Shown here one piece after another: positions 1-15,100 of a DNA stretch of 64,000 nt. Every line of letters begins with the position of its first letter. Position 1 is the first letter of the stretch. The notes under the pieces are model-generated. The model was not told the DNA's origin. It worked only from the letters and a program-made list of their open reading frames with translations, and did no database searches. The position numbers and the translations under genes are program-made. Source of the stretch: Lingula anatina (Eukaryota; Animalia; Brachiopoda); assembly GCA_051362555.1 (NCBI GenBank), contig CM120640.1, positions 23,980,225 to 24,044,224 of the forward strand. The letters are read 5' to 3'.

Positions 1-117
1 GCCTAAAACATTAAACCAAAATACTGGCCCTTATTCATGACTCAGCAACAGTGAAAAGAAACCTCCAAAGATAAACATTTTTCAGATGGTTAACTTAAAT
101 GCACTACCATTTATTAC

Positions 118-3100
118 CTTTTGGCCTTCACGTAGAAACAGGGCATATGGTGCAATATGGTTGGCTTCCGCTGGTAAAAATGTCAGGCAATATTCTATGA
201 AGGTTTGTATTTCTCCTTTGTTCCCTCCAGTGGTCAAATTTAACAATATCTTCTGCTCCTGTAGGAGTTCAAAATACAAACACACTGGCCACATTGCTAT
301 CTTGGTGAGAAGACTGTCAGCTTTGAATGCCAATGGTTCCAGCGGTGTGTCCAATTCCATAGAGCTGGAGTGTGGAGTATATAAACTGTGCTTTGTCAAT
401 TCCACTTCCAGCTCTGCAATGGCTTTATTGAAAGTTTCTGAAAGAGAAATTGATGACTTTTGAGTATGTTTAATGTCTTAAAGCTGTTAATTTTTTTCCT
501 GACCACTCATCTTTGCATTACCCTATCCATGGCAAAAATTGACCAAAAAAGAAAACATTTCCAACACAATAAAATAAATCACCAGTCTTCACAAATACTT
601 CAGCTATTATTTCAGAACAATCAATTCATCAATTCCTTGCATAAATCCCATTGCCAAGCAGATACCTAAATAGATAATAATATTTAGTTTTTTCTATATT
701 GCACATTTATTCATTCATGTCAGTAATTCCATAGCTTTGGTGCACATATTTTGAATGCTCGATAACCATAAAATTTGTAAACTTTAGTCTTAAAACAGAA
801 TGTTCTAAAAGTAAATGATTGAAAGTGGAACTTACCCAAATCAGCATCCTCGGATTGGCAATAAAGATCAGACATAAGCTGCACCAACTTATGCCTCACA
901 GGTTCTCCATACTGGCACAGATAACAGGCAATCCTCTTCTCTTTTTTTCCAACATCTCCAAGTTGCACTCCTCCTGTGTTTAAACTGAGTGCTCTACTTA
1001 TGGCCTCCACAGACAACACAGCCCTTGCTGCTTCTTCAGATTTAAAAGGTCTAGGGCAGCCAAAGACCTTACTGATCTTCTGCTGGACTTTGCTGGCCTG
1101 GTTGTCCATGCTTAGGATGTCATCTAGCCTTCCTGTCACAGCCTTTAATTCTGCTGGAATACTGAAAAACCAAAATACAGCCAACTTGTTGAAATTGAGA
1201 ATGCTGCTTTGTACAAATTATACAATCATATTTTTGTGATACATCTAGTCAATTCAGAAGGAAGAAAGTCATTACTGTTTTTTGTGTGTTTGTTTTGTTT
1301 TGAAAATCAGTCTAACTCACTTATATGTAAAATGGTTTAAAGTATACTCACTTGTTTTGTCCAAACAACTGAAACAGTGTTTTCTCACATAGCCATCCCC
1401 AATGTAACGACAGCTGAGCCAACATGGTATCCATCTTTTTGTAACTCGTTTTGCAAACTTGGATGAAACGTGAGCGCCACAACAATGAAACCCAAACCTA
1501 AAATCAAAAATTCTTAATAGAGACCAAAAGGTTTTAGCAACATATCATTGTATTAACACGTTTATCAGAAAAATTCATAATGTTGAAGTGTCAGTCTAAG
1601 ATATTTACCTTTTGGAAGTGGTCATCAGTCAATTGTGTCAGAGAAGCAATCAGCTGCTTCAACATCTCATCTAACACATTCAGGAATGGTGCTAAATGTA
1701 ATAGCACAGGGTGGGGGACAGAGTTGGCATCTTGCCTTCCTAGAATGAACATGGTTTTTAATCAATGAATTGATCAATCTAATCATCATCAAACATACAA
1801 TATGCACTTTTCTTCATTCAAGGAAAGGCTCACTAAAGTAATCTGCACATCATACTGAATTTGACAACTTTTAAATTTTTTCTTAAATTCATTTCAATCC
1901 TCTAATTAAGAAAAAAAGGGAAATCTAAAAATGGTCTATGTTTGATCTAGCATTCATACCAACATTTTATAATCTTTAATATGTCCTGAAGTCATGCATT
2001 GCCTGGACTAAAAGTGATACCAAACACCATTAAGCAAAAATCAATCACACAAAAAAAAATAGCGAAAGTAAGGCTTATGTGTATCTTTTTTCACATTGAC
2101 TTCTGCAAAACAAAAATGACATTTACTTCTCTCATTATTTACTAATAAATGATTATTACTATTTCTGTAAATATTGGTCGAAATATATTCTCCAACCACA
2201 AAATGTGATCAACATGTAAACACTTGATGAACTGGATTACTAAGGCCTGGGCGGCAAGGCTAATGCACATTCTTATTATCCCTTAAATACAGCCATTATT
2301 CAAACTATCGACTAGCAGATTTATCTTACACAGACAGCCTGTGAAAATACAAACCTAAAGCAATTTACAAGGCGAGGCACTTAAGTTTTCTGAGATAATC
2401 TGTCCTAAAATCAACTGTTGGCTGTTTTACTTTGACCCCCATGAACGTATTACACAAAAGAGAACTGTTAGTGGGGCACTTATACTGTGTCTATTCTAAT
2501 TGATATTTGCTTATCCTTTCCTGTAGTCAAACATGTGTACATTTCCAACTGAACAACAAAACTGTATTGTATTGTTATTCGCTTGTTTTCCTCAAAATTG
2601 ATCAAGCAACAGTAATAAACAATTAAAAGCTTCCTGCTTATTCAAAAAATGGCAAAAAATATAGTCTACATGGTAAGTTCTATGAATAATTTGGTGACAT
2701 AACAGTCCTTGTGTATTTCAATCATAATGCCTTATCAATAGATGATAAGAAACAAGCCCAGCTAGGCCTAAGAATATATCATTCATAAAACTTGTTCAAA
2801 CAGTATGCCTCATATTTTATTCACTGCCTCCTGTAGGCTCTTGTTATTCATGTAAATCTGGTCCAAAATATTCACAGTTCTTTTATTTCCACATCATAAC
2901 ACATTTAAGACCGAGTGCATCTTAACTTAACACCATGTGTTTTCCACAGAGCCAACACCAGTCTAATTCAATTTCAATCCTTAAACAATCTCCACAGCAT
3001 CTAATACAATAATAAGGAATTTGGAGTCCTATAAATTGAATATACTCAAGAATGAATTCAGTTACTGTCCTCATAATCATGATGAGCTGTCACACACAAC

Positions 3101-6100
3101 TAATCAAAGTGCCTTATGATTGTCATTAGTCATCATCTACACTTCATTTCCATTTATTAAAAGCCTATGGGCAATTTTTTTTCTTAAACCTAAATAAAGT
3201 TTTGTGATTGATAGCCATGATTGTAAGACTATGTTTAAAATGATGTTAGAAGTAAAAAAAAAAGAAAAACTTTAAAAACTAGACCAAGCATAGTGGCTTA
3301 TGTTGACCTGGAAAACACCACATGTACAGGCACTGTGTTTTGATTGAATGAATAAGGTGCAATTAACACCTGTGGGAGGCTTTTCATGAGATTCATTGTC
3401 TCCCCCCCCCCTCCCCGAATTTTTCCGATCTGACTGTCAGTGCCATCAATATTACCAGTATTCAGTTATTTCCTTCTCATTTTTGATGCAAACTATTAGC
3501 CAATATGCATCCCCGTCAAAATTTACCCTCTGGGGACAGATAACACCAGGAGTAGCTAAAAGTACAGTTTCTTAAGTTGGTGTCACTCCATTTGCACTAA
3601 ACCTCAAGGGTTGATTGAGTAGGTTATCTCTTGGAATTGCATTTCACAGAAATTCATTCCCAAATGATAAAATGCCATATGGTAAAAAGTGTTTTTTCAG
3701 CAAGATACAATCTGACCAATGTTGACTTACACTGGCCAGCTTCTTCACTTACACCAACAGAATGAAAGTCAACCTCAATTTTTCAATAGTACACTATCAC
3801 TTTAAAGGATTACTGTATGGTAATTGATCTTTCCAGTAACTAACAGTCAAAAGTCTTAGAAATAACTCCAAGAATGTCCTCCAGTCTAATACAAACTTCT
3901 GCTGCAATCAATATATCAATGGAGATTTATCTTTATGAATTAATCATAAAAGGTAATGTAGCAATCCCCAAAATTAAATTGGGGTAATTTTGCGTTAAGT
4001 GACAATTTGACACTGTCTAGAGCTGCTTGACGTACACTACTATATGTACAATCACTATCAGTCCCCCAGGCCAAGTGTAGAAGTCAAATGAATATAAATT
4101 TGAGCACTATGACTCTCAATCTTCTGGAGAAAATATCAATTTCTCTTAGCAGGTTGGAGCAAACCACCTTGCAGCAAAGAGTTGGCAGGATCTTCTGGGC
4201 AAGAGGAATTTACCCAGAAAACCTTTACTATTGAAAGCCTCAGGAGTGAATTATGGAATATGGCATGAGACTCCCACCACTTGAGAGCCTCCTATAGCTA
4301 CTAATGACGTAGGATGTATTCCCGGTGCCGTCCAGATAAGACATATTGACCACTGTGGTACTTGGTTCAACACCACGGACAGGAATCTATGTCCGGTACA
4401 GGAAGCACCTGAACTAGCGAAACCTTTAAAATCTTGAGAGTTCCCCAACCCGGAATCTACACAATGTTGTAGGTAAGTGACACGGCTTTGAGTGTAATAG
4501 TCTGACAGAACTTTATTAAAGTTGTAGGCAAAAGGTTCTATGTTTTTAAGTCAAAACATTTTTAAACTCTGAAAATAAAGTGGAAATTCACCTTTTTGTT
4601 GTTGGTGACAGCAGCAACATTTTAAAAAACTATTTCTTCATCAAACAAACAGACCACTTGAAAATTTGCATCTTTCTCAGTTCTGTAAGGATTTACATAT
4701 TTGGACAATCATGTCTATATGCTTAAACATTCTACTGCGTACACTGATGAAAAGATACAAATTCATATCTGGAGCACAATACTGTATCTTTAGTATAAGG
4801 TACCATTATTTAACTTCTAAATACCATAATAAACCAAAATTAAATGTCTTACTGATCAACTTAAATTTTGTTTTATATATCTTTTTTAATGGATAGCCAG
4901 CCAAAACTTTATGGGCCGATTCTAGTTTCTTCTTATATAATATGATTATATAGTAAATCCTAATCCCTTTAAACACTGAACACTTAAACAGTAATCAATA
5001 TATGTGCTCATGTCAGACTTTGTTTTGCAAAATAATGAATATTTTATACATTTTGGAACAGTCAATTTTGCTGTGTAGCTAGTTTAACTTGTAAATCACA
5101 AAGGTTATTGGTACTTTCGATTGCTTACAGTTTAATGTACATTCCAAATTATCTTCTGATAATTAACCTTTTACTCCTAGGAATACCCTGTCTCTGTTGG
5201 ACAAGTCAAAGAAATAAGACTGGGTATTTTACCTCTTTTCCTGTCCTTTTCTTTTACTTCAATCCACAACCGTAAGTCATTTTATGTTAACAAAATAAGC
5301 TTTCTTTCATACTCATTTTGTTATTGATTTTTTTATTATTATTGAATAGTTATATTTCACTGGTTGCTTTATTCATTCCATACTTTTTGTGGCAAACATG
5401 GTTTCATCCTATCCTAAATCTGTTTGATACCCCAATCCTATTGCTACACACTTCTTTGTATCGTCACATATTTATTCTAATTCCTCAAGCTGTGAGAATT
5501 CCCATTATGCTGCATTTGTAATAAACAATCCCCTGGAGTTGTATCTTTTGACCTTTTTAAAAAAATAATTTTGCTTCTTATATAATATGTCAAGAATTGA
5601 AATTAGTTTCATCTTTAAGGGCAATAAACACCATTAGCTACTTAAAAAATAATTTAGAATGTGATCTAAAATTCATTCATTTTGTGCTTAAAAATAGTAA
5701 TGTAATGCAAAAACCAAAAACAGTGGTTTACTTAAAAAATTTAGAATATACTAAATACCTAAATCTCTACTATATAAATATTCTACTTTAAACGTGAAGA
5801 ATCTATCCTCATTCAAACAAGCAAATGTAAACCTCATAAAAAATCAATAATTGTACTGATAATTTTTTTTACATAACAGAAGCACAAATCATGCTATATG
5901 AATTCCCTTTGGTATTTATGTAGTTTGTATAACACATTTATCTCATACATATTCCTACAACTACACAGCTTGCCAATCCTACAAATTACCATAATGATTT
6001 TAGAAACATTAAACTTATTCAGTAAAGCTTGATTACCACATTAAAGTCATTGATTTATGTGCAATGTGAACTGGCCCAGGAGATATTTCTCTCAGAACAA

Positions 6101-9100
6101 TGACCCTGTCGGAGCAGTAGATTCCCCTTTTTTCATAATCCTTACCATTTTTTAAATACTGGTCATTTACAATAAGTTTAGGGAAAAAATCTGGAAAGAA
6201 TACCTTCCTTACCATTAAATACAGCCAGAGATATCTGGAGTGGGCAGACTGCTTTCTGTGATGGAACCCTTGTGACATCTTCATAATCCAGAACCTGCTG
6301 TTGTGCTAGGTGACAAAGGACATACAATCTGAAAGTACACACAAAACATGTACTAATTATAAGATGAATAGGATATATTTGATTTTGGATAAAGAGAGAG
6401 CAAACTGAGCAAAACAACAGTTTCAGACTCATTTTCTTTATTTCACCTGGTACCAAATCAGGCCTGTAGCCAGCAATATCAAAGGGGGTGAAAAAGTGGA
6501 CCTTTTATCATGAAACCATCATGTACTTTTATCAAATTTTATCCAGAGCAGACCTTTTCCCAGCAAATAGGGTACGGGTCTGCAAATCCAAAACAACACA
6601 AAAAATTGCATTTTAGCACGTCCCCTTACATGGACTCATTTGTTCCTGATAAAAACTTTTATAGCAGACAAATGATAATAACCATGATCATATGGAATGA
6701 ACAGTCATTTATCCAGATTTCGCTCAATTATCTGTAAGGCATATTTTGCTGCCTAAAAAAAGTAATTAGCAGCATGCAATACAGACCCATTACTTCACTT
6801 TATTTCTACAGGGAATACAGCTAAGAAGAGGACAAAACAACATTGTGCTTCAGGCAAAAAGGTTTTTTCCCCTTCCATCTATGAGCTAAAATTCCATAAA
6901 TCTCAGAAAAATCTCAGAAGAATGCATGACAAATTACTATGAATCAATAACTGGCACTGAAAATGGGGTCAATCAATTGTGACAAATGTGAGATACTGTA
7001 AAAATATGTAATGATCAAAATGCACACAACAGTCAGGGTCATCCACTGTCAGATACTGTTTTCCCAGCAAATGTCACAATAGACTCCAAACAGACCATTC
7101 ATTCTAAATATTTCAAACATGAAATATATAGTGTTTGGAATAGGCATACATTACATTTTCTCCATCATATCCCGGGAAACAATTAATTCAACATAAAATA
7201 TTTGACATCTAGTTAAAATATATCTCTTTTAAGCCACCAGTCATTGTGACTTCTCATTTCTTTCCAAGTATAGCACTGTTTACACCAAGTGTACATTTGA
7301 AGACTACCAGTCACAACCATTATGTCAACAATAAAACTCCAAAATTTGGTAACAGAGTAAACACATTGGTCAAAAAAGTGTTTATCAATGAAATTATAAA
7401 GTAAAAATATCCTTACTTATTCCACTGGGAATTCAGCGTCTGTAGAAATTGTGAGAAATGATGTATCTGTTCTTTTCTGCCCTGGGCCATGCACAACTTG
7501 TGGACCAGCTGTCCGTTCCATCTAAGGTCCAGGGGTTGGTCACCACTTAACGCTTCCATTTCTGGCAAGAAAGATCAATTGCAATTATAAATCTCTCTGG
7601 GCTCTGGGAAGTATTTGTCATTATTGTATTATTTGCAGGTTATTTGTCTCTAAATGCACTGATGTACATTTGTTTGTCAAGTCTTGATGAACAAATTTGC
7701 ACACACACACACACACACACACACACCTATAAGTGAAACTGTAGAAAACATTTTTTCTATATTTCAAAAAGTTTGAGCATTCTGCATGGACACATGGCAC
7801 ATCACTTTAATCCTGTCTAACTAATTCAAACTTGTCAAAACACCACAATTACAGATTAAATTTCATGCATTATAATTCAATAGAATACAGGATAATTACA
7901 TCTGGTTATGTTCATGCCCAATGGCAAATGACAATGTTAATCAGTTCAGCTATAAACTTGTAAACCAATTATAAAGTGACGCAGGTTCCTGTAAAATTAA
8001 CTTTCGGAGTTAAGAGATGGGTGCCTGTTTTCTTTAGGCATGTAGTTTTAATCAAAAAGACATTAAGGCATCAAGTACATTTATATGATGAAGCTATAAG
8101 AGCACTGACAAATCTAATTGACACTTAATTCATCACTCTTAGTAGTAACTCCTTATCTCCTTCCTGCAGGAGTACTGATAATTTAAATTGGCTCGCATTT
8201 CAAAGTCGAGCAAAATTTTTTTCATTTCCATAATCACAAGGCCTTTTGAAACATAACAGGGATTATAACAGATTTTATTTAAGTTATAATACCTTTTTGC
8301 ACCCTAAACAGCTCTGTCAGCTGTTTCCTCAATACATCAGATAATGGGTGAGTGTGAAGAGCACGGATTCCCTTGGCAGCAATCTCCAGCAAATGGGCTG
8401 CAATTCCAAGTTCGCTTCCTTTTGTTTTCCCACTTGGAAACCGATTGGCCATAAACCACTGCAGCCAATCTAATCTCATCTTCCAGTCATTCTGTGATGA
8501 AAGTTCCAAGAACACTTGTATGGCAGGTCTCAGGAGAGGAAGGCTCTCTTGGTGGCTTACAGCAAGGGGCTGGCTTGATGTGACAAGCTCACTGAATGCC
8601 AATGGTGTGTCTTTTCTGAAAATTTCAAAGTCCGAGTAATTATGTATTAAATGTTTCTTCTTATAACTCCATATATTATTCACTTTAAATCAACTAAAAG
8701 GAAATTTGATCTCATTACTAAAATTGCTGTCCTGGTATGTTATTTATTTTGGAGTCGACATGATTATGATAAAATCACTGGTTCTCCCCCTCCCCCCTTG
8801 GCAAAAAAAAAGTAGGTGTAGACAAAATAAATGGATGAGGTATCCAAGAAAACAAAGTGTGGTGTAGGCTCCTTTTTCTATATATCTATTTATTGATATT
8901 TACCTAAACTGAACAGTGGCAGTTGAAATATGGTTGAGTATGCTAGCCAAGACAGCCCCATCCCTCAGCACCATTGCCATGGTAGCATCTTGGCAGCAGA
9001 TGAGTGAATCCATCACCTGATTAGGCCAAACTCCTGCCTCTAGCAGAGCTGACCGTTGCTCCCTTTGCTCTATCTTTAGCATATCAAGGGCAATGACATG

Positions 9101-12100
9101 AGCAGAAATAAGATCTCTGGCTCTCTGTAAAAAATGTAGCAGTATGTTCACTCCATAAGAAAAAAAATTGGGCAGTAATGCAACAATCATTATTTATCAA
9201 AACCTTATTTATCAAAACTTTTGTTACATTTCTATCTTCTGACAAACTTAAAAATAAAAATGAAAAATGTTAAACAAATAGAAGAGACACTTGTATAGAC
9301 TGGGCTGCAGAATATGGCAACTTGTATTCTTACAGAATTAAGTCTTCTATACCCACTCTCTTCCATCACATAGACACAGATACACACACCCACCTGTCTA
9401 TCTTCAAAGTTCTTCTGACACCTGACATACACGTCAGTACATGCCAACAACAGGCTCCCCTGCAGGTCCACCCCTCTCTCCATATTCTGTACAGTCAGTG
9501 AGGCTGCCTGCAGGACACTCAGGATGGATGGCCTGTCAAAACTGGATGTGTTTTCTTTAATCTCCATGTGGATGGACATGAGGGTATCACAGGGCACTCT
9601 ACCCACCAGGCCTAGACCGTGAAGCATGGTCTTGATGTCATGGTCATCATAACAGACCCCTTCCTCCTGTAATAAAAAAAAACAAAAACAAAATATTTTC
9701 AAAATCACTTTAAGTCCAATTACACAGTTTTTTAAATGCAATTATAGTTGGTATGAAAAAACTGTCTTTGCTGCCTTCACATCTTTTTGGCAGACATGAT
9801 GGACACAGAAAAATCAATAGCACTTTAGATTATATTCTCCAACTAAAAGGCTCACCTCTCCAAGAATGTATATCTCCACCCCTCTGTTCCTCATAGCTCT
9901 GGAAATCTCCCCATGCTTGGGATCCATGGCAAGAATCAATCTGAATGAAATCATGAAACTGCCATCTCAGTATCTAAAGACAGTTCTCATATATTAACAA
10001 CAAATATGTCTGTATAGCTTTGTATGTTTCATGAACTGTGCACATTTTTGAAAGAAAAAAATAAGCCTAAGTTGTTCATTTTATCATATGCCTTTGTGAT
10101 CTGTAATGCAGTTTAACTCTGCATTTTTGAGGCTTTCTTTGATAAAAATATATAATTAAAGATAAAATAGATGTGTGACATTACCTGAAGTCTGGGTGTG
10201 GGACAATGGTGGGGACCTCCCCATCTAATACCCCCCTTTCATTGATGCTGAGAACCCCATTAGGCTCCAGTAGGGCATTCAAGCGGTCTAAGACAGAGGG
10301 GCTAAAAGCAGACAAAAAAAATTATGATAAGTTTCTTTTTACTACATATTTACAAAAGAACTTAAATACAATCAGGCAACAATTAAATCATTAAATGTTA
10401 TGCTGCTTGGTTGGACAAATGTTTTGAGAAAAAATTCTGATATTTCAAAATAAGATTCTCATAAAAGATTTGATGAAATCAATCATGATTCCTTGATACT
10501 CAACAGCAGAAAAGTTTTAAAGAAACAAGTACCCAAATGTACTTGATTATTCAAGCTGCACTCAAACACACCCAAATGGCATACTTCAAGAAATGTGTTT
10601 CAATTCTACAGTATCGATGCACAATCCCCGTTATCTCCTGCGTGTACACACATCCTTAAAAGGTTTTCTATGTAAGAACATTTAGGATATTGCATTTCAT
10701 TAAATCCGGTCACTAAGCATCATAGACCTGTCAGAGGAGCTGGGGTCTACAAGCACAGCATCCCATCTTTCACTTTCCATTAATACTCTGGGACCACCAA
10801 GGATCCATAATCACATTTCAAAGTTAATGAAATTACGAATCATTAATAGAAGGGAGGGAAAAGACTTGATTAGAATGAGGAAAATGCAAACTCAAGAAAC
10901 AATTCAATCTACATATTGTCAATGGCAATGAGTTATGCTAATAGATTTTTCTTATAGACTTGTTATCAAGTTTCAAAAATAGCAACTTGGTTTTATAGGA
11001 TATGTAAACTTAACATTTCAGGACATGTCCTTAAAGGAACTTTATTAATGGGATTTCAGAAAATTGCCATCATGGCAATGCTGCTTTTTGGAAGCCCACA
11101 TACATACATTTACTTAAAGGGATAATAACTCTTCGTTTTGGCCAAAAAAGAATTTTCCTGGAGTAAACAACAATTTTCTTATACTTACCAATGGTTAATG
11201 AATCCATTTTTACATTCAAAGTTAGTCCCTGGTTTTTTTCTAAAAAGTTTGGTTTTTTGTTAAAATCTCTTAAGAGATTTCAACAGAGTATAGCCATCAA
11301 TGGAGGTCACATGGTCTAAAGGCAAGCTCAGATATCAGAATAATAGCTATAACTGCCGTTTTCGTGGTAAAACAGAATATATTATATTTCTATGAGTTGT
11401 GTACAATGTTTTTATTGTGAAATATATATTTCATACGAAGAGTTATTATCCCTTTAAGCTTTGACATTTAGAATTTTGATAAGAAAACAAATCCATTTAT
11501 TTGAAGAAAAAAAAAACATGATAAGGAACAACATTATAAATAAATGCACTCAATACCATAAAATAAATGCAATTTGCTTCCACAGTCAACTTAAACACTA
11601 TCTACTGAAATGCTCCCACATTCTTGATAAATGTTGCATACCTGCAGAAGTTAACATTGTCAATAAGCAGCCAGTCGCCTGATTGAAGAGCACGCACAAA
11701 CCGACTATCCACCCACTCAAACCTTCCACCAACTCCGCTGACGTTTTCCTTAGTCATCTTCTTCTCCAGCACACACAATTCACTTGCCAGGTCCTGAAGA
11801 TCTCCTAGGAAGATTTGAAAATTTCTTTTCACGCTTTTTATTAAAGAGTCTTATCTATACATAGTAGGGTAAAGGGAAATATCAAATTTTGAACGGGTAG
11901 ACAAATATACCTACAAATTAATAATGTGAAAGAACTTAAGATATTTTACTGATCTCTCTATTAATAATAAAAATACTGAAAATGTTACAAGAAAAAATAT
12001 AACATAAGTTATGTTACAGAAAAATCATATAAAGGTTGATAAATCCACCTGACTGCTGTAATTCCTGTAGCTGTCCAAGTAATTTGAATAAAATTCTAAA

Positions 12101-15100
12101 CCTCCCTTTCACATATTCAGCCTCTTCCTGGGTACTGTTTCCTTTGTCTGAAACATTGAGATCAATTACAAAGTTTCTTTGCCCCTGATAAATGCTCAAA
12201 ACATTAGGAAAGATATAGTTTTTTGCATTTTTGCAAAATGCATGTAATATGTGAAGTTCAAAGTTGATATCTATAATGTAAAGCAGACTTGCTAAGCTAA
12301 ATTTTTATATTAATCTCTTGGCAATGCAGCTTGGAAAATATTTAAATGTGAACATATTGCTACCTTTATAATTATTCTCCCTATACTGTGCCATCAGACT
12401 CAGTAAAGTTTGTGACTTCTGGACATTTTCTTCTGGGTTAGATCCAATGGTCAGCAGTATCTTGACCATCACAGATCCTTGCTCTACAATCTTAGCAGCA
12501 ATGTCCCCCAATTTTCTGCTTAGATCAGCCTGTGAAAAAAGTGGACGAAGATTCTGAATACTGAATCAATTACCTAAAAACATGATATAAAATATAGTTT
12601 CTGACAATTGTGTCAAACAAAATAAGTTCATTTTCCGTTTTTGTCAAGGGCATTTATATTACTATATCTTTGGTAAAAGGCATTTCAGCAAAAAAACAAC
12701 AAAAAATCAAAAGTATGTAAAAATAAAGCTGCAATGTATGTGAGACATCAAAGTAAGATCCATAAAAGATAATTCAGTTATCACCACATCCCAGGGCCAT
12801 ATCTGAGAACTTCCACATTAATGCCTGATAAAAACATAACCATTAAACAATGCTCAATAATCCATTTTATTAGGCTGGTTGAAATTATCAGCTATGAACT
12901 ACAAATCAATGGTTAGCTCAAACTGTAGCATCTGCATGCCTCCCTACATTGACAGTCCTATCAATTATCTGGTTTACTTAATCAATACAAAATAATGCTC
13001 ATTTGGAGCACTGGGAGTCCATAACTTGATGCACTGCACATAGAAAGTTGCTTTGCTGTTTACTCACTAAGCAGTATTTGCATTCACGTAATGTACAGAC
13101 AGAAGTAAACCTGAGCCGAGGGATTCTAAGGATGCAGATCTGCATGTTTATGACTGTTGTTGTTTAATTGCACACTTTAGATTACTTACAGGGTTAGACA
13201 CAGTTTGTGTGATGTACGGACCTCTGAATAGAATCAGAGCAGAATAACTTGCACATTTTATAATTTATACAAAATTATCAGTTTTACCATCATTTATTTT
13301 AAATTTGTACTTGTAATTCAGATCAGTTAAATAAAATAAAAACTTTCCATCCACAATTTCAACATTCTAAAAATATAACAATACTAAAATTATAATTTTT
13401 ACAAAGACATTAATATCAGCTTTTTATTCAAAAATATTCCACTAAATTGCAAGAAAAATTTCAGAGAAAAAAAAATATCAGGCACTTCTGTTGTGCACCA
13501 TGGTTTTATAGAACACCCCCACATTAGACTGTCCATTTCAGGATTAATTTCTCTAGCAAACACGAAAATTGCATTGATTTTGCAGAGTTCTCCTCAATGC
13601 CAATGCTTCAAAATCACTTTCCCTAATCCTTTAAACTCAGCCGGCAGACAAAATCTATCATTGATCATAAGTAACCAATGGTTATCGCTTAGAAAATTTC
13701 ATGCTAAAACACTTTTCACTGACTTATTACTGAGTACCAAGCAATACTACACATAAAATCAGTTGACAGCCATGACCACTAGCAGTTGCAGCACAAAGCA
13801 GAGGAAGCGCAACACAATTTTAATTTCAAGAATATTTAGAACTGAATTGTTGTCATTATATGAAATATGGTAAGTCTTTCTGTCTCTCCAGTCTAGCTTT
13901 AAAGTATTAACTACAGTGTATTTCTGCAAACAACTATCTGGTACTATGTCAGGACAACAACCTAAAATCTCGGAAGCCTAATATTATTCTGAAGGTGAAT
14001 GCTTCCATAAATACATAGAGGCTTTTCAAAGCAGAATTTATTTAAGGTCTTAACCTAATTTTGTTCTTTGAAATTTCAGCTAACAAAAAGCCAATTCTGT
14101 TCAAAAGGAAACTGTGCACTTCTAAGAAGTCTTAAAATGTGATCACTTCACTTGATCATTTCCTTTGGTGTCAATGAAAACCCCAATATTCCAAGCTTGG
14201 CATTTACATTAAATAACCATGGTACAACACACAGCACCATGTATACACAACCTTCAGAGAATTACTCAAATATTTTCTAAGTTGCCAATGTGTCAAAAAG
14301 AATAACTTCTTTCTCTTTCAGAAGGATGACCAAGAATTGCATTTGAGACTAAGGGACCACATGACACTTGGCAGCGAATAGGAATCAATGGATTAGTGAG
14401 AGGCTCGGACTGATGAGAAGGACTACCAATGTAATTAACTGCCTCAACTAACCTAACAGTTACAATACACAAAGGACAAAAAGACGTTAGACTGAAAATA
14501 GTGCTTGGAAACTGCTTAGCACACCTCATTAGAACCAGTCAGAAATGCTATTCATGTTCTTACTTAAAGGATTTGAACGGAAAAGGTAAGAACAGTTTCA
14601 AACTAGCAGCATGACAACGGTACATCAGATTTTCATTTTGCAGAGATAACATCAGACTTCATGGGGAAAAGGAAACAATTTCTACAAATGATCATCATTT
14701 GATTACAAAACGACAGTTTTTTTATGTAGAAGAAAAAGAACAGGGAGATTTTTTAAAAACTTGTGAAGTAAAAAATTATTTTGAAGATAACAATGTCGTC
14801 TGTCCACTATAATGGTACTGGCATTCGTCATAAAGAAACCATAGAACCAGGACGCCTCACAGAAGCAGTTGTCCTCATCATCATAGCATCTGTTGGGGTT
14901 GTTGGAAATATCAGCTCTTTTGTCTCCATGATTGTGGTGAAAAGACTACGTAAATCCTCTAACGCTTTCATGGCTCATCACTGCATTCTGGACCTTGTGA
15001 AGTCTGCATACTGCATTCCTTTTGCACAGAGTGTTTTGACTTCTCTACGTCCTCGACTTTGCAACATCATGGGAAGTTCTTACATCATATTCATCACTAC

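Noticed and set aside
14781-14792. TTG start for the GPCR, as in the ORF track
   Set aside because: Eukaryotic gene; the in-frame ATG at 14793 (ACAATG) is the plausible start.
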